Assembly: GCA_965367965.1 (NCBI GenBank)
Contig: CBDULB010000043.1
Coordinates: 1-41,687 of the forward strand
Source of the DNA: an uncultured bacterium
GTDB lineage: Bacteria; Verrucomicrobiota; Verrucomicrobiia; Verrucomicrobiales; DEV007
Direction of reading: 5' to 3'
DNA length: 41,687 nt
The translations under genes and the position numbers were made by a program. The notes beneath the pieces were generated by a model. The model worked only from the letters and a program-made list of their open reading frames with translations. It was not told the DNA's origin and did no database searches. Of this stretch, positions 8,520 through 17,810 are shown piece after piece. The stretch's first letter is position 1, and the number at the start of each line of letters is the position of its first letter.

Positions 8520-9146
8520 ATGGCTGACGACCCCGACATTCCCACCGATTCCCTTTCGCTGCGCCTGGCTGCGGCCAACGGCTTGATCCGCCGCCGGCGC
8601 ACCATCAAGCCCGACAAGATGAGCGACAAGCCGATCGAGAAGCTGCATCTCGCATCGATCCTGGAAAATGCCAACTGGGCGCCGACGCACGGCAAAACTG
8701 AGCCCTGGCGGTTTACGATTTTCACCGAAGACGCCCGCGAAACGCTGGGTGATGCGATGCAGGAAATCTATCTCGACATCACCCCGGGCGATGGCTTTCG
8801 CGCTGACAAATACGATAAGCTGGCGCGCAATCCGATGGCGGCACCGGTGATCATTTCGATTGGTATGAAACGCCAGGACAGCGAGAAGATTTCCGAGACC
8901 GACGAGCTCGCCGCCGTTGCCTGTGCCGTCCAGAATATGCACCTGACGGCATCGGCGATCGGTCTGGCCGGCTTCTGGTCGTCGCCGCCGGTGTGCGATA
9001 CGCCGGAGATGTTGAAATTTCTCGAGCTCGATCCCAAGCGCGACCGTTGCCTCGGCCTGTTTTACCTTGGCTGGCCCGCGGATGAAGACGACTGGCCGGA
9101 AGGTCAGCGCGGCAATCTGGCGGACAAAGTGGTATGGAGGCACTGA
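8520..9146 (+). CDS. Nitroreductase family protein (~208 aa).
   Basis: Fits the nitroreductase / NADH-dehydrogenase fold family (RRRRTIKPDKMSDKPIEKLHLASILENANWAPTHGKTEPWRFTIF...AVQNMHLTASAIGLAGFWSS). ATG at 8520. The track start at 8472 is a TTG. Confidence 0.65.
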   Translation: MADDPDIPTDSLSLRLAAANGLIRRRRTIKPDKMSDKPIEKLHLASILENANWAPTHGKTEPWRFTIFTEDARETLGDAMQEIYLDITPGDGFRADKYDKLARNPMAAPVIISIGMKRQDSEKISETDELAAVACAVQNMHLTASAIGLAGFWSSPPVCDTPEMLKFLELDPKRDRCLGLFYLGWPADEDDWPEGQRGNLADKVVWRH

Positions 9147-9661
9147 CGACAGCGCTCAGCGACGGCACGATCTACACCCTGAAAGTCAGCTGCGTGTGGT
9201 TGTTCATCGTCGGTGGCTTCATCGGCACCTTTCTGCCGGTGGTGCCCGGCACGGTGTTCATTTTTCTCGGCTGCCTGGCGCACTACGTTTTCTTCGGCTA
9301 CGAGGAGAGCGCGATCTCGTGGACGGGCCTGGTCGCCATCGCGTTGCTGCTGATTCTGTCGCTGGTGGTTGACTGGGCGGGCGGTGCGGTCGGCGCCAAA
9401 TATTATGGAGCCAGCCGATGGGGCATCGTCGGTGCGCTGGTCGGTGGACTGGTCGGTATTTTCTTTCCCTTTCCCGGACTGATCATCGGCCCGCTGATCG
9501 GCGCTTTCGCGTTCGAGATGGCCTTCGCCAAAAAGAAAATCAAGCCGGCCGGCAAGTCGACTTGGGGAACATTTCTCGGCAGTGTCGGCGGACTGGTGGC
9601 GAAAGTCGTGGTCGCCCTGGCCATGGTCGTCTGGTTCGTTGTCGACCTGATGCTCGGCTAG
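9134..9661 (+). CDS. DUF456-like small membrane protein (4 TM helices, Gly-rich).
   Basis: Highly hydrophobic protein with GxxxG-rich helices. Its start overlaps the nitroreductase stop by 13 nt (ATGGAGGCACTGA), which implies translational coupling. Confidence 0.55.
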   Translation: MEALTTALSDGTIYTLKVSCVWLFIVGGFIGTFLPVVPGTVFIFLGCLAHYVFFGYEESAISWTGLVAIALLLILSLVVDWAGGAVGAKYYGASRWGIVGALVGGLVGIFFPFPGLIIGPLIGAFAFEMAFAKKKIKPAGKSTWGTFLGSVGGLVAKVVVALAMVVWFVVDLMLG

Positions 9662-9743
9662 GCGCTGGCGCGCCGTTCTTTGGGCGTGGTTCTTTGTTCG
9701 TTGTTGCTTGCTTGCGCTTCGGGCGCGGAAGCCGTAATCTCCA

Positions 9744-10165
9744 GACGGAACGGGCCGGAGAAGATCGCTGTTTTCCCTGCATCTTCGGATGTGGGCGAGC
9801 TCAGAGGAAAGTCCGGACACCGCAAGGCAGCATCGCCGTGCGAAAGCGCGGGACGCGGAGGGCGCAAGCCACCGTGGACGGATAGTGTCGCAGAAAATAA
9901 ACTACCCCCGCCACTTCGGTGGCGACGGGAAAAGGTGAAACGGCGAGGTAAAAGCTCACCGCCCCGAGGGTAACCGAGGGGGCACGACAAACCCCGTGCG
10001 GTGCAAGACATAACAGAGCAAACGGGCCGCCTGCCCGGCTTCGCAGATTCCTTCGGGAGTCGGCGGAATGTGTTCGGGTAATAGTCGCACTAGATAAATG
10101 ATCTTCCTGTCAGGCCCCCGGGCCGAAGCAGAACAAAATCCGGCTTATTTCGGCCCGTTCCACCT
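9744..10165 (+). ncRNA. rnpB: RNase P RNA, bacterial type A (rnpB), ~420 nt.
   Basis: Conserved motifs read off the sequence: GAGGAAAGTCCGGACACC (P4 5' strand, 9804-), AGTGTCGCAGAAAATAAACTACCCCC, AAAGGTGAAACGGCGAGGTAAAAGCTCACCG (P10-P12 region), ACAGAACAAAATCCGGCTTAT (P4 3' strand). P1 pairs GGAACGGGCCG (9747-9757) with CGGCCCGTTCC (10151-10161). No long ORF is credible here. Confidence 0.9.
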
Positions 10166-10188
10166 CTTTACCCGGACCACCGCAGGAA

Positions 10189-10209
10189 GTTAGCGGTTAG
10201 CCGTTAGCC
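10189..10209. repeat. Tandem heptamers GTTAGCG GTTAGCC GTTAGCC, 24 nt downstream of the rnpB 3' end.
   Basis: Read directly. Same heptamer class as at 4428-4464. Confidence 0.7.
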
Positions 10210-10482
10210 TCTGGTCGTTGTAGGGCGAGTGCTCCGCTCGCTGACGGTGGACGAGTCGAGCTCGATTGAGGCCAATGTACGTGGCCAAGGCAACGGAGGC
10301 AGGCGGAGCGCCCGCGCTACAATTTTGCCGGTGGTGAAAGCGAGGTGCCGCTGCGCAGGTTTGTGCAAACCGTCGGGGCTGCAAACGGCTGACGGGGATA
10401 AGTATTGCCAGGCTATCTATAGTTGCCTTTCAGAGGCCGGCCCTTTGTTTTCGGGGGATCTGCATCCGCGGTTGCCGGTTTT

Positions 10483-10947
10483 TCAGCCGTCAAACCCTTC
10501 GTCGTCCTCGAGGCAGCTGCCATCGGCGGCTTCGGTGGCGAGGGCGTCGCAACGTTCGTTTTCGCGGTGTCCGGCGTGGCCTTTGATCCATTTCCACTCG
10601 ATCTCGTGACCGTCGGCGGCGCGCTCCAGGCGCACCCACAGGTCGACGTTTTTGACCGGGCTCTTGTCGCGTTTTTTCCAGCCGCGTTTTTTCCAGCCGT
10701 CAAGCCAGCCTTTGGTCATGGTGTCGACCAGGTAGCGTGAGTCGGAAGTGATGGTGACTTTGCAGGGCTCGTGCAGGGCTTCGAGGCCGGCGATGGAGGC
10801 GAGCACTTCCATGCGATTGTTGGTGGTGCGCTGGAAGCCGCCGGAGATTTCTTTGCGGAACTTGCCGAAGGTGACCAGGGTGCCGAAGCCGCCGGGTCCG
10901 GGATTGCCGCGCGACGAACCGTCGGTGTGAATGTGAACGTGTTTCAA
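10483..10947 (-). CDS. rnhA: Ribonuclease HI.
   Basis: HIHTDGSSRGNPGPGGFGTLV...TTNNRMEVLASIAGLEAL...TSDSRYLVDTMTKGWLDGWKKRGWKK...PVKNVDLWVRLERAADGHEIEWKWIKGHAGHRENERCDALA aligns along its length with E. coli RNase HI, including the DEDD catalytic residues. The track ORF is N-terminally over-extended to 11190. I chose the TTG at 10947 (giving 154 aa). An ATG at 11067 is an alternative, but it overlaps the divergent transporter gene. Confidence 0.8.
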   Translation of the reverse strand: MKHVHIHTDGSSRGNPGPGGFGTLVTFGKFRKEISGGFQRTTNNRMEVLASIAGLEALHEPCKVTITSDSRYLVDTMTKGWLDGWKKRGWKKRDKSPVKNVDLWVRLERAADGHEIEWKWIKGHAGHRENERCDALATEAADGSCLEDDEGFDG

Positions 10948-11054
10948 GCTTGGGAGAAAGGAAGTTGGGAGCTGGGAGTTAGCAGTCGTCCTGCGGCGGA
11001 TGCAAGTTGAGATCGCGGCTTGCCACAATGAATGCCATACGATGAACTGCGCGG

Positions 11055-12464
11055 GTGAATGACACATCGCAACAGGCCGGAACGGACGGAGTGCTGGAGC
11101 CGCCGGTCGGTTTTCGGGCGACGCTGAAATATCTCGGTCCGGGGCTGATCCTGGCGGGTTCGATCGTTGGCTCGGGCGAGTTGATCGCAACCACGCGAAC
11201 CGGTGCTGAGGCGGGCTACTCGCTGCTGTGGCTGATCATTGTCGGCTGCGTGCTCAAGGTGTTCGCGCAGGTCGAGATTTGCCGACACTGCATCACTCAT
11301 GGTGAGACCACGCTGACGGCGCTCGACAAGATTCCCAAATGCGGACGGGCAATCTCCGTTTTCTGGCTGGTGACGTTTCTGTTCGGTCTCGGCCAGCTCG
11401 GTGGCATTGTCGGCGGTGTCGGACAGGCGCTCGATCTGGTGTTGCCGATTCCGGAAACGCTGATGGGCGGTCGCGGCGATTTCGTGTGGGCATCCGTGGT
11501 CACCGTGGTGACCATTTTTCTGCTCACCGTCGGTGGGTTTTCGCTGATCGAGACCATTTGCGTGTGCCTGGTCGGCACCTTCACATTAATCACGGTGGGC
11601 AACGTCATGGCGTTGCAGACCTACGGTGAGTGGGCGATTCACTGGAGCGATCTGCGCGAGGGGCTGAGCTTCGGCCTGCCGGAAGCGGTCGGTGAATCGA
11701 CGCCGCTGCTGACCGCGCTGGCGGCGTTCGGCATCATCGGGGTGGGGGCCTCGGAGCTGGTGGCGTATCCCTACTGGTGCCTGGAGAAGGGCTACGGAAA
11801 ATTCATCGGTCCACGCGATCAGTCCGATTCCTGGGCGGTTCGCGCGCGCGGCTGGATTCGCGTGCTGCAGGTCGACGCCTGGGGATCGATGGTGGTTTAC
11901 ACGCTCAGCACGGTGGCCTTTTACCTGCTCGGCGCGGCGGTGCTGCATCGACTGTCGGAAGTGCCCGAGGGGCTCGACATGATTCGCACGCTGGCGAATA
12001 TGTATCAGCCGGTGTTTGGCAAAGCCGGCGAAGCGATCCTGCTGTTCGGCGCGGTGGCGGTGTTGTTTTCGACCTTCTTCGTGTCCAACGCCAACAAGTC
12101 GCGACTGATGAGTGACACGCTCGATGTGTTCGGGGTGGTTCAGCTGAAGGGCAACGACCCGCTGCGCCAACGTTGGATCAAATTTTTCTCGGTGTTTTTT
12201 CCGCTGCTGTGTTTAACCATCTACTGGTTCATTCCCAAACCGGTTGTTTTGGTGCTTCTGTCAGGATTGATGCAATCGCTGTTACTGCCCGTGGTCGCGT
12301 TCGCGGCGCTGTGGTTTCGCTTTCGGCACAGCGACGCGCGGCTGCGTCCGGGGCGGGCCTGGGACGTGATGCTGCTGATGTCGTTTTTGTGCTTCGTGGT
12401 GATTGGCGTTTATATCGCCGTCACCAAAGGCGGGGAGCTGTGGGCAAAGCTGAGCGCCGGCTGA
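11055..12464 (+). CDS. NRAMP-family (MntH-like fold) transporter with non-canonical metal-site motifs.
   Basis: TM1 region YLGPGLILAGSIVGSGELIATTRTGAEAGYSLLW aligns with MntH [34 protein letters not shown]. DPGN is replaced by GSGE. The TM6 MPH region reads GIIGVGASELVAYPYW. About 11 TM helices. GTG start at 11055. Confidence 0.7.
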   Translation: MNDTSQQAGTDGVLEPPVGFRATLKYLGPGLILAGSIVGSGELIATTRTGAEAGYSLLWLIIVGCVLKVFAQVEICRHCITHGETTLTALDKIPKCGRAISVFWLVTFLFGLGQLGGIVGGVGQALDLVLPIPETLMGGRGDFVWASVVTVVTIFLLTVGGFSLIETICVCLVGTFTLITVGNVMALQTYGEWAIHWSDLREGLSFGLPEAVGESTPLLTALAAFGIIGVGASELVAYPYWCLEKGYGKFIGPRDQSDSWAVRARGWIRVLQVDAWGSMVVYTLSTVAFYLLGAAVLHRLSEVPEGLDMIRTLANMYQPVFGKAGEAILLFGAVAVLFSTFFVSNANKSRLMSDTLDVFGVVQLKGNDPLRQRWIKFFSVFFPLLCLTIYWFIPKPVVLVLLSGLMQSLLLPVVAFAALWFRFRHSDARLRPGRAWDVMLLMSFLCFVVIGVYIAVTKGGELWAKLSAG

Positions 12465-12526
12465 GTCGGATGAAATAAATGATGGCGTAGATTTTTAATC
12501 ATGCCCTCAGGAGACAAGCCGGAGGG

Positions 12527-13537
12527 TCAATGCGCCGGGGCGGAGTGCAGCTCAGCCCTGCAGTCGATCCGGGCTGCGGCGACCGTAGCGGTGATGCCGT
12601 GGGCGAGATCGACCGTCGGTCGCCAGTCGAGCAGATCGCGGGCTTTGGAAATATCGAGCGATTTGCGCAAGGGCTGTTCGCGTTTTGCTCCGTGGAAAAT
12701 GGGGGCGCGATTTTTGCCATCGAAAGCCCGGCTGACCTGGCGGACGACGTCAGAAATGGCGACTGGATTGGCGCTGCCAAAATTGATTGCCGCGCCGTTG
12801 ACGTCCGCGCGGTCGAGTTTTTCGCCGGCGGCGAGGTAGGCGCGCGCCATGTCGTCGACCTGTAAAAAATCGAGCTCGGTGGTGCCGTCGTCGCGGTCGC
12901 CGAAGTCGTAGGCTTGGCCTTTGATCAGGCGCTGAATGGCGCCGGGGATGAGTCGGCAGAAATGCCGGTCGCCGGGACCGTAGGTGTTCATGAATCGACA
13001 CGACACGACCTTCAGGCCGTAGGCGTTGGCGTGGCTGTGAATGGCGACTTCGGCGGCGACTTTCGAGGCGGCGTAGGCGTGGTTGATCGGTCCCGGGGGA
13101 TGGTCTTCGGCGATCGGATCGGTGCAACTGAGGCTGCCGTAGACGGCGCCACTGGAGGCAAAAACCAGGCGTCGGGCGTTGCGCGAGCGGCGCATGGCTT
13201 CGAGCACCGACAGGGTTCCCTCGAGATTGATCGACCAGGTTTCGGCAGGATCGATCAGGCTCAGTGGAACCAGTGGCTGGGCGGCGAGGTGAAACACGGT
13301 GTCGATGTCTCGTTCTTCGAGCAGGCGCTGGAAGGAGGCCTGATAGCGAATGTCGGCGTCGACAAAGTGACACCGATCGCGGTCGCGGTCGCGATCGTCC
13401 GGGCGCTTGCGGTCGACAATGGTGACCCTGGCGCCGCAAGCGATCAGGTGCGTGACCAGATGGCTGCCGCCAAAGCCGCTGCCGCCGGTGACCAGCACCG
13501 GACGGCCCTGCCAATGGGAGTTTCGCCGGACGGACAT
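12527..13537 (-). CDS. NAD-dependent epimerase/dehydratase family protein (extended SDR), 336 aa.
   Basis: N-terminal Rossmann motif VLVTGGSGFGGSHL. YxxxK catalytic motif (YAASK). Last gene of the EPS operon. Confidence 0.8.
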   Translation of the reverse strand: MSVRRNSHWQGRPVLVTGGSGFGGSHLVTHLIACGARVTIVDRKRPDDRDRDRDRCHFVDADIRYQASFQRLLEERDIDTVFHLAAQPLVPLSLIDPAETWSINLEGTLSVLEAMRRSRNARRLVFASSGAVYGSLSCTDPIAEDHPPGPINHAYAASKVAAEVAIHSHANAYGLKVVSCRFMNTYGPGDRHFCRLIPGAIQRLIKGQAYDFGDRDDGTTELDFLQVDDMARAYLAAGEKLDRADVNGAAINFGSANPVAISDVVRQVSRAFDGKNRAPIFHGAKREQPLRKSLDISKARDLLDWRPTVDLAHGITATVAAARIDCRAELHSAPAH

Positions 13538-13540
13538 GGC

Positions 13541-14650
13541 CTAGGCGGCCCCCACGGTAGCGGCCTGTGGTTGCTCGTGATGTTGAACGGCCGTGTGATT
13601 GTCGGCGACGCGGTGATAAAACTCGGCGCAATGAAACAGGCCGTCGCCGAAGCTGGTGCGCGGTCGATAGTCGATGGCGGCGCGGAGTTTTTCTGCATTC
13701 AGGCGCTGCCGTTTCAGCGAGATGATCTGCTGGCCGGCGGCTTTGTGATCGATGACGCTGTAGCCGCGGGCGCGGATTTCGGCGGCGGCGTTGAGATTGT
13801 GCGGCGCGGCGACGAGGGCGGCGGCGCTGACGATTTGCTCCATCGCTTCGCGGGTCGAAAGGTGGGCGCAACCCATGAGGTTGTAAGCTTCGCCGATGCA
13901 CGCGGGACGGGCGGTCAGTTCGAGAATGATTTCGACGGCGTCGTCGATGTAGAGGTATTCACGATGGTGATCGAGTGAGTCGAGATAGAGCTCGGGACTT
14001 TCGCCGCGATAGATGCCGCTGAACGATTTTGGCACCAGCCGGTATTCGGTGTTGAAGTCGTAGGGGCCGATCAGGTTGCACATGCGCAGGATCGTCACCG
14101 GCAGACCGAACACTTCGTGGTAGGTGCGGGCGAGAATATCGGCGGCCAGTTTGGAGGCGTCGTAGACTCCGATGGCGCGCAGCGGAGTGACCTCTTCCTG
14201 GTAAGCCGGGCCATCGAGTTCGCCGTAAACTTTGTCGGTCGAGGCGTGGAAGATCCCGCGTGGTGTCTGCCCCGAAGTGCGCACCGCTTCGAGCAGGCCG
14301 ACCACACCCATGGTGTTGGTCTCGATGGTTCGGCCGGGTTCTCTGACGGCCTTTTCAATCACGGCGGCGTGGGCGGCGCAGTTGAAGATGTAGTCGAACG
14401 GCGTCTGCTGCAGCAGGGCGGTCATCTGGGCGACGTTGGTGACGTCGCCGGTGACCGTATAAATGCGTTCGCGAATGCCGTAGCCAGGGCAGTTGATCAG
14501 CGACGGCCGGCGGGTATCGGTGTCGCGGTCGAGGGCCCAGACTTCGGCGCCGGCTTCGAGCAGGCGCCGGGCCAGATGGGCACCGACAAAGCCGTAGCCG
14601 CCGGTGATGAGGATGCGTTGACCGCGATAGATTTCGTCGTTTCCGTTCAT
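13541..14650 (-). CDS. NAD-dependent epimerase/dehydratase family protein (extended SDR), ~369 aa.
   Basis: ILITGGYGFVGAHL Rossmann motif. YDASK catalytic motif. The track ORF (start 14902) carries an 84-aa Pro/Arg-rich N-terminal extension that overlaps the upstream gene. I used the ATG at 14650, which is 8 nt after the HlyD stop. Confidence 0.75.
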   Translation of the reverse strand: MNGNDEIYRGQRILITGGYGFVGAHLARRLLEAGAEVWALDRDTDTRRPSLINCPGYGIRERIYTVTGDVTNVAQMTALLQQTPFDYIFNCAAHAAVIEKAVREPGRTIETNTMGVVGLLEAVRTSGQTPRGIFHASTDKVYGELDGPAYQEEVTPLRAIGVYDASKLAADILARTYHEVFGLPVTILRMCNLIGPYDFNTEYRLVPKSFSGIYRGESPELYLDSLDHHREYLYIDDAVEIILELTARPACIGEAYNLMGCAHLSTREAMEQIVSAAALVAAPHNLNAAAEIRARGYSVIDHKAAGQQIISLKRQRLNAEKLRAAIDYRPRTSFGDGLFHCAEFYHRVADNHTAVQHHEQPQAATVGAA

Positions 14651-14657
14651 GGCAGGT

Positions 14658-16229
14658 CTAGGATTGCTGGCTGAAGTCGAAAGGGCTGTCCATCGGTGCG
14701 ATGGCTTCCGGCTCGATCGGGGCGACGACCGGATGGCCCGGTTCGGTCGGCTTCGTGTTGGGAGTTTGCGCTTCGTTCGCAGGCAAGGGCAGGGAAGCGG
14801 GTGTTGTCTCGACCTGTGGCGGCTCGGTGCTTGCGGCTTCGCTGTCGCTGTCGGCGTCAGCGAGTTCTTCAGGTGCCGTGGCGGGTTTTTCTTTTGAGCC
14901 AAACGTGTTTACCAGTGATCCGATCCAGGCCACAGGGTTGAGGTTGGAAGTGCGGATGTGGACCTGCGCGCTGATGCCGCTGCGCAGGTTGTCGACGTCG
15001 CCATCGGGTTCGATTTTCACCAGTACTTCCTCGGGGGTGAGACGCAGGAACGGCGAGTCGGCATCGGTCGCGCTGATGAAGTTGTGGCCGATCGCGACTA
15101 CCGTGCCGGTGATTGAATCGTCTAGCGCCGGGAATTTGATCGTCGCGCGGTCGCCGTAGGCGATGTTTTCGGCTTCAGCATATTTGAAGCTGGCGATGAT
15201 CCACACGCGGTCGTCGGTTTCGAGGGTGACGATGGGGTCACCGGCTTGAACCGATGAACCGGGATGATGGTGCACGGCGAACACGCGACCGGCGCGGTGC
15301 GCAGCGATGGTACTCTGGTCAACGGTGGTGCGCAGGGTGGTGGCTTCGAGTTGGGTCTGGCCAATCTCGGTGGCGACTTTGGCGGCGTGCAGCTGCAACT
15401 CATCGAGCCAGCTGCGGACGACTCCGGCATGATAGTGACGTCCCTGAGCGGCGTTTTCGGTGATCAGTTTCTGCAGTTCGAGTTCGCTGCGTTTTTCTTC
15501 AAGGCGTTTGGCGACGCGCAAACGACTGCTCTCGGCTTCGAGAAATTCAAAATTCTTGGCCGAGCCACGGCGCACGCTGCCATTCAGTTCGCTGGCGAGT
15601 TTACCGGCGAGTTCGAGTTGAATGTCGAGCTCTTCGATTTCCATGCCGAGCATGGTTTCGTTGCGCCTGGAGATTTCGTGAAGCAGTTCGAGGCGTTGCT
15701 TTTCTTCATCGATGGCACGAGCCACCTGATCTGCTTCGAGGCGTTTCAGCTCGAGAATTTCTTCGATGCGTTGCAACTGCATGCCGAGCCCTGCGGCATC
15801 GAGGCGGGCGATCACCTGACCGGTTTCGATGTCGGCGGCTTCGTTGACGTCGACTGCGGAGACGACTCCCGGGGTGACCGCGCGCAGATTGATCAAGTTG
15901 CCGACGGTGGTGCCCTGCATGCTGGCGGCGGTGGTCAGTTCGCTGATCAGGAAGTAGATCGCGAATATCCCGACAATGAGCGCGGTGACGGTCCACAACG
16001 CGGAGTTGCGGCGGGACGGCTTGGGCGCGGCGGCGTGTGCTTCGGGGGTAGGTGCGGCCGAAGCTCCGGTGGGCGGTGCCGCGGCGAAAGGCGGGTCAAC
16101 CGGTTCAGCGGCATCTTGCCTGCCCGGAGTTCCCTTCTTAAAGCGTTCGGTATCTTCGAATATCGGGTGATGACCTTGTTTCGATTCGTTGGAATCGCTA
16201 CCTTGGTTTTTGGACGACGATGGATGCAT
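14658..16229 (-). CDS. HlyD-family membrane fusion protein (periplasmic adaptor), 523 aa.
   Basis: Cytoplasmic N-terminal tail, a single TM (ALWTVTALIVGIFAIYFLI), a long coiled coil (LQRIEEILELKRLEADQ...), then barrel-sandwich/beta-barrel segments (VSAVDVNEAADIETGQVIARLD ... GDPIVTLETDDRVWIIASF). P/E/A-rich C-terminal tail. Confidence 0.75.
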   Translation of the reverse strand: MHPSSSKNQGSDSNESKQGHHPIFEDTERFKKGTPGRQDAAEPVDPPFAAAPPTGASAAPTPEAHAAAPKPSRRNSALWTVTALIVGIFAIYFLISELTTAASMQGTTVGNLINLRAVTPGVVSAVDVNEAADIETGQVIARLDAAGLGMQLQRIEEILELKRLEADQVARAIDEEKQRLELLHEISRRNETMLGMEIEELDIQLELAGKLASELNGSVRRGSAKNFEFLEAESSRLRVAKRLEEKRSELELQKLITENAAQGRHYHAGVVRSWLDELQLHAAKVATEIGQTQLEATTLRTTVDQSTIAAHRAGRVFAVHHHPGSSVQAGDPIVTLETDDRVWIIASFKYAEAENIAYGDRATIKFPALDDSITGTVVAIGHNFISATDADSPFLRLTPEEVLVKIEPDGDVDNLRSGISAQVHIRTSNLNPVAWIGSLVNTFGSKEKPATAPEELADADSDSEAASTEPPQVETTPASLPLPANEAQTPNTKPTEPGHPVVAPIEPEAIAPMDSPFDFSQQS

Positions 16230-16298
16230 GACGGGTGTTGGAAAAGAGACCGGGGGAGGGGGATTGTTTCGATGCGGCGATAGGGCTTACCTTTTAAG

Positions 16299-17810
16299 TC
16301 AGAATGGTGGCGGTACGACTTTCAGAACCACCAGCAGGAGGATGACAAAGACGGTGGCGCTCGCGGCCATGGTGACCCGCGACTGGATCATGCCGAGCAG
16401 GCTGGTGGTGCTGTTGGTGACGGCGCTTTCTTCGCCCTTCGACCAGCTCTGATGACCGAGATGAAACAGGCCGTAAATTTTGATAACCGAGCCGACCGCC
16501 TGATCGTAGAGCTGCAGTGGAATCATTACCGGCGACATCTTCAAGGTACCGCCGGACACCACCCAGAGTTGAGCCAGGCGCACCATGATGACCCAGCCGA
16601 TGTAGACCAGCAGGAGATAGGGATCGACGAAGATGGCCAGCAGCACCGCACCGAGGGGCCCGACCATGCCGGTCCACATCGACAGCCGTTGATCGAGAAA
16701 GCACAGCCACATGAACAACGGCATGCCCTGCGGGCCGAGTGCCAGACAGCGGACATTGTTGCGCAGCATGTTGCCGTACCAGCGCGACATCAGTGTTGTG
16801 GTCAGTTCGAAGAAGGGCAGGTCGCGATCTTCCATCGCGTAGACCCAGGCATCGGGCGCATACAGCATGCGCCAGCGGTTTTCTAAAACGCAGAACAGGG
16901 TGCTCTTGTCGTCGCCGAACAAAAAATCGATGCGGCCGTGGACCGGGTGATCGATGAAGTCGTGCTCGAGCCGCTCGATGAATTCGTCGGAAAAAGCGAT
17001 GCCGGCGCGCACGAAGGATCCGCGTCCCGTCAGTGTCATGACGCGACGCGACTGCGAATGCGACGACATGTAGAAATGGCGCTTGGCAAACTTCAACGCG
17101 AACCATTGGGTGATGATCCAGCGGGGTGTGTGCCGGGGCGCCTCGTTGGTGGTCATCGCGCCGAGCCCGGGATCGAGCCGGAACTGCGGCAGGCAGGTGG
17201 TGAAAATGCTGTCACCGAGTTCGCTGTCGCCGTCCATCAGCAGAACGGTTTCGTTGTCGAGGTTTGTCGAGGACAGTTGCTCGCGGTAGTCCCGCAGAAA
17301 GCGCAGTGCGTCACCGATAGCCATGCGCTTACCGTCAGCCTGCAGCGTGAAGCGTAGATCGATGTCGTCGTCGCCGTGTTTGTGAACGGCGTCACGGATC
17401 AGCTCCGCTTCGCCGCGGCTGGCGACACTGGCGACCACCACCGTTTCGCAATCGACTTTCGCCAGGGCGGCGACGATTGAGCGAAAGCAATTGCGGCTGG
17501 TTTCGGGCAGTTCTTTGTAGGAAAGCACGACCACGTACAGTCGCTCCGGAAGTTGCTCAGGAAGCCGGGCACAGAGCCGGCGCAGGCGCGGGTAGGTGAT
17601 GCCGTTGAACCACCATCCGCGGATCGCATTGCACATGAACCAGCCGTAGCGCCAGAGGCCGAAGGCGCCGATCACGAACACGGCGTGGCGATTCAAGTGC
17701 AGCACCCGGGCGGGCACCAGTGCCCAAACCCCTGCCGAGATCAGCAGTGCGATCAGCGTGGTCCGAAGGGCGGGACCGAAAAAGCTGGCAGTCGCAGGTC
17801 TTGGACTCAT
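16299..17810 (-). CDS. Integral-membrane family-2 glycosyltransferase (processive polysaccharide synthase type), 503 aa.
   Basis: N-terminal TM helices, a cytoplasmic GT-A domain (VVVLSYKE..., LLMDGDSELGD DxD-type motifs, R-W motif LMSRWYGN like Q/RxxRW of cellulose/chitin/hyaluronan synthases), then 3-4 C-terminal TM helices. Confidence 0.7.
   Translation of the reverse strand: MSPRPATASFFGPALRTTLIALLISAGVWALVPARVLHLNRHAVFVIGAFGLWRYGWFMCNAIRGWWFNGITYPRLRRLCARLPEQLPERLYVVVLSYKELPETSRNCFRSIVAALAKVDCETVVVASVASRGEAELIRDAVHKHGDDDIDLRFTLQADGKRMAIGDALRFLRDYREQLSSTNLDNETVLLMDGDSELGDSIFTTCLPQFRLDPGLGAMTTNEAPRHTPRWIITQWFALKFAKRHFYMSSHSQSRRVMTLTGRGSFVRAGIAFSDEFIERLEHDFIDHPVHGRIDFLFGDDKSTLFCVLENRWRMLYAPDAWVYAMEDRDLPFFELTTTLMSRWYGNMLRNNVRCLALGPQGMPLFMWLCFLDQRLSMWTGMVGPLGAVLLAIFVDPYLLLVYIGWVIMVRLAQLWVVSGGTLKMSPVMIPLQLYDQAVGSVIKIYGLFHLGHQSWSKGEESAVTNSTTSLLGMIQSRVTMAASATVFVILLLVVLKVVPPPF

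Noticed and set aside
8310-9820. Minus ORFs 8310-9143 (277 aa) and 9104-9820 (238 aa).
   Set aside because: They overlap the nitroreductase and DUF456 genes and run into rnpB. Arg-rich wrong-frame composition.
12750-13978. ORFs 12750-13901 (-, 383 aa, Arg/Pro-rich) and 12914-13978 (+, 354 aa).
   Set aside because: They overlap the two epimerase/dehydratase genes, which have clear Rossmann motifs in another frame.
13541-14902. N-terminal extensions of track ORFs 13541-14902, 32784-34442, 25548-26840 and 10483-11190.
   Set aside because: The extensions are Pro/Arg/Cys-rich, overlap upstream genes or their stops, and precede well-placed internal ATG or TTG codons that begin the conserved domains. 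I trimmed them.
15264-17106. ORFs 15264-16283 (+, 339 aa) and 16294-17106 (-, 270 aa).
   Set aside because: Antisense or off-frame to the HlyD and GT2 genes. No motifs, biased composition.
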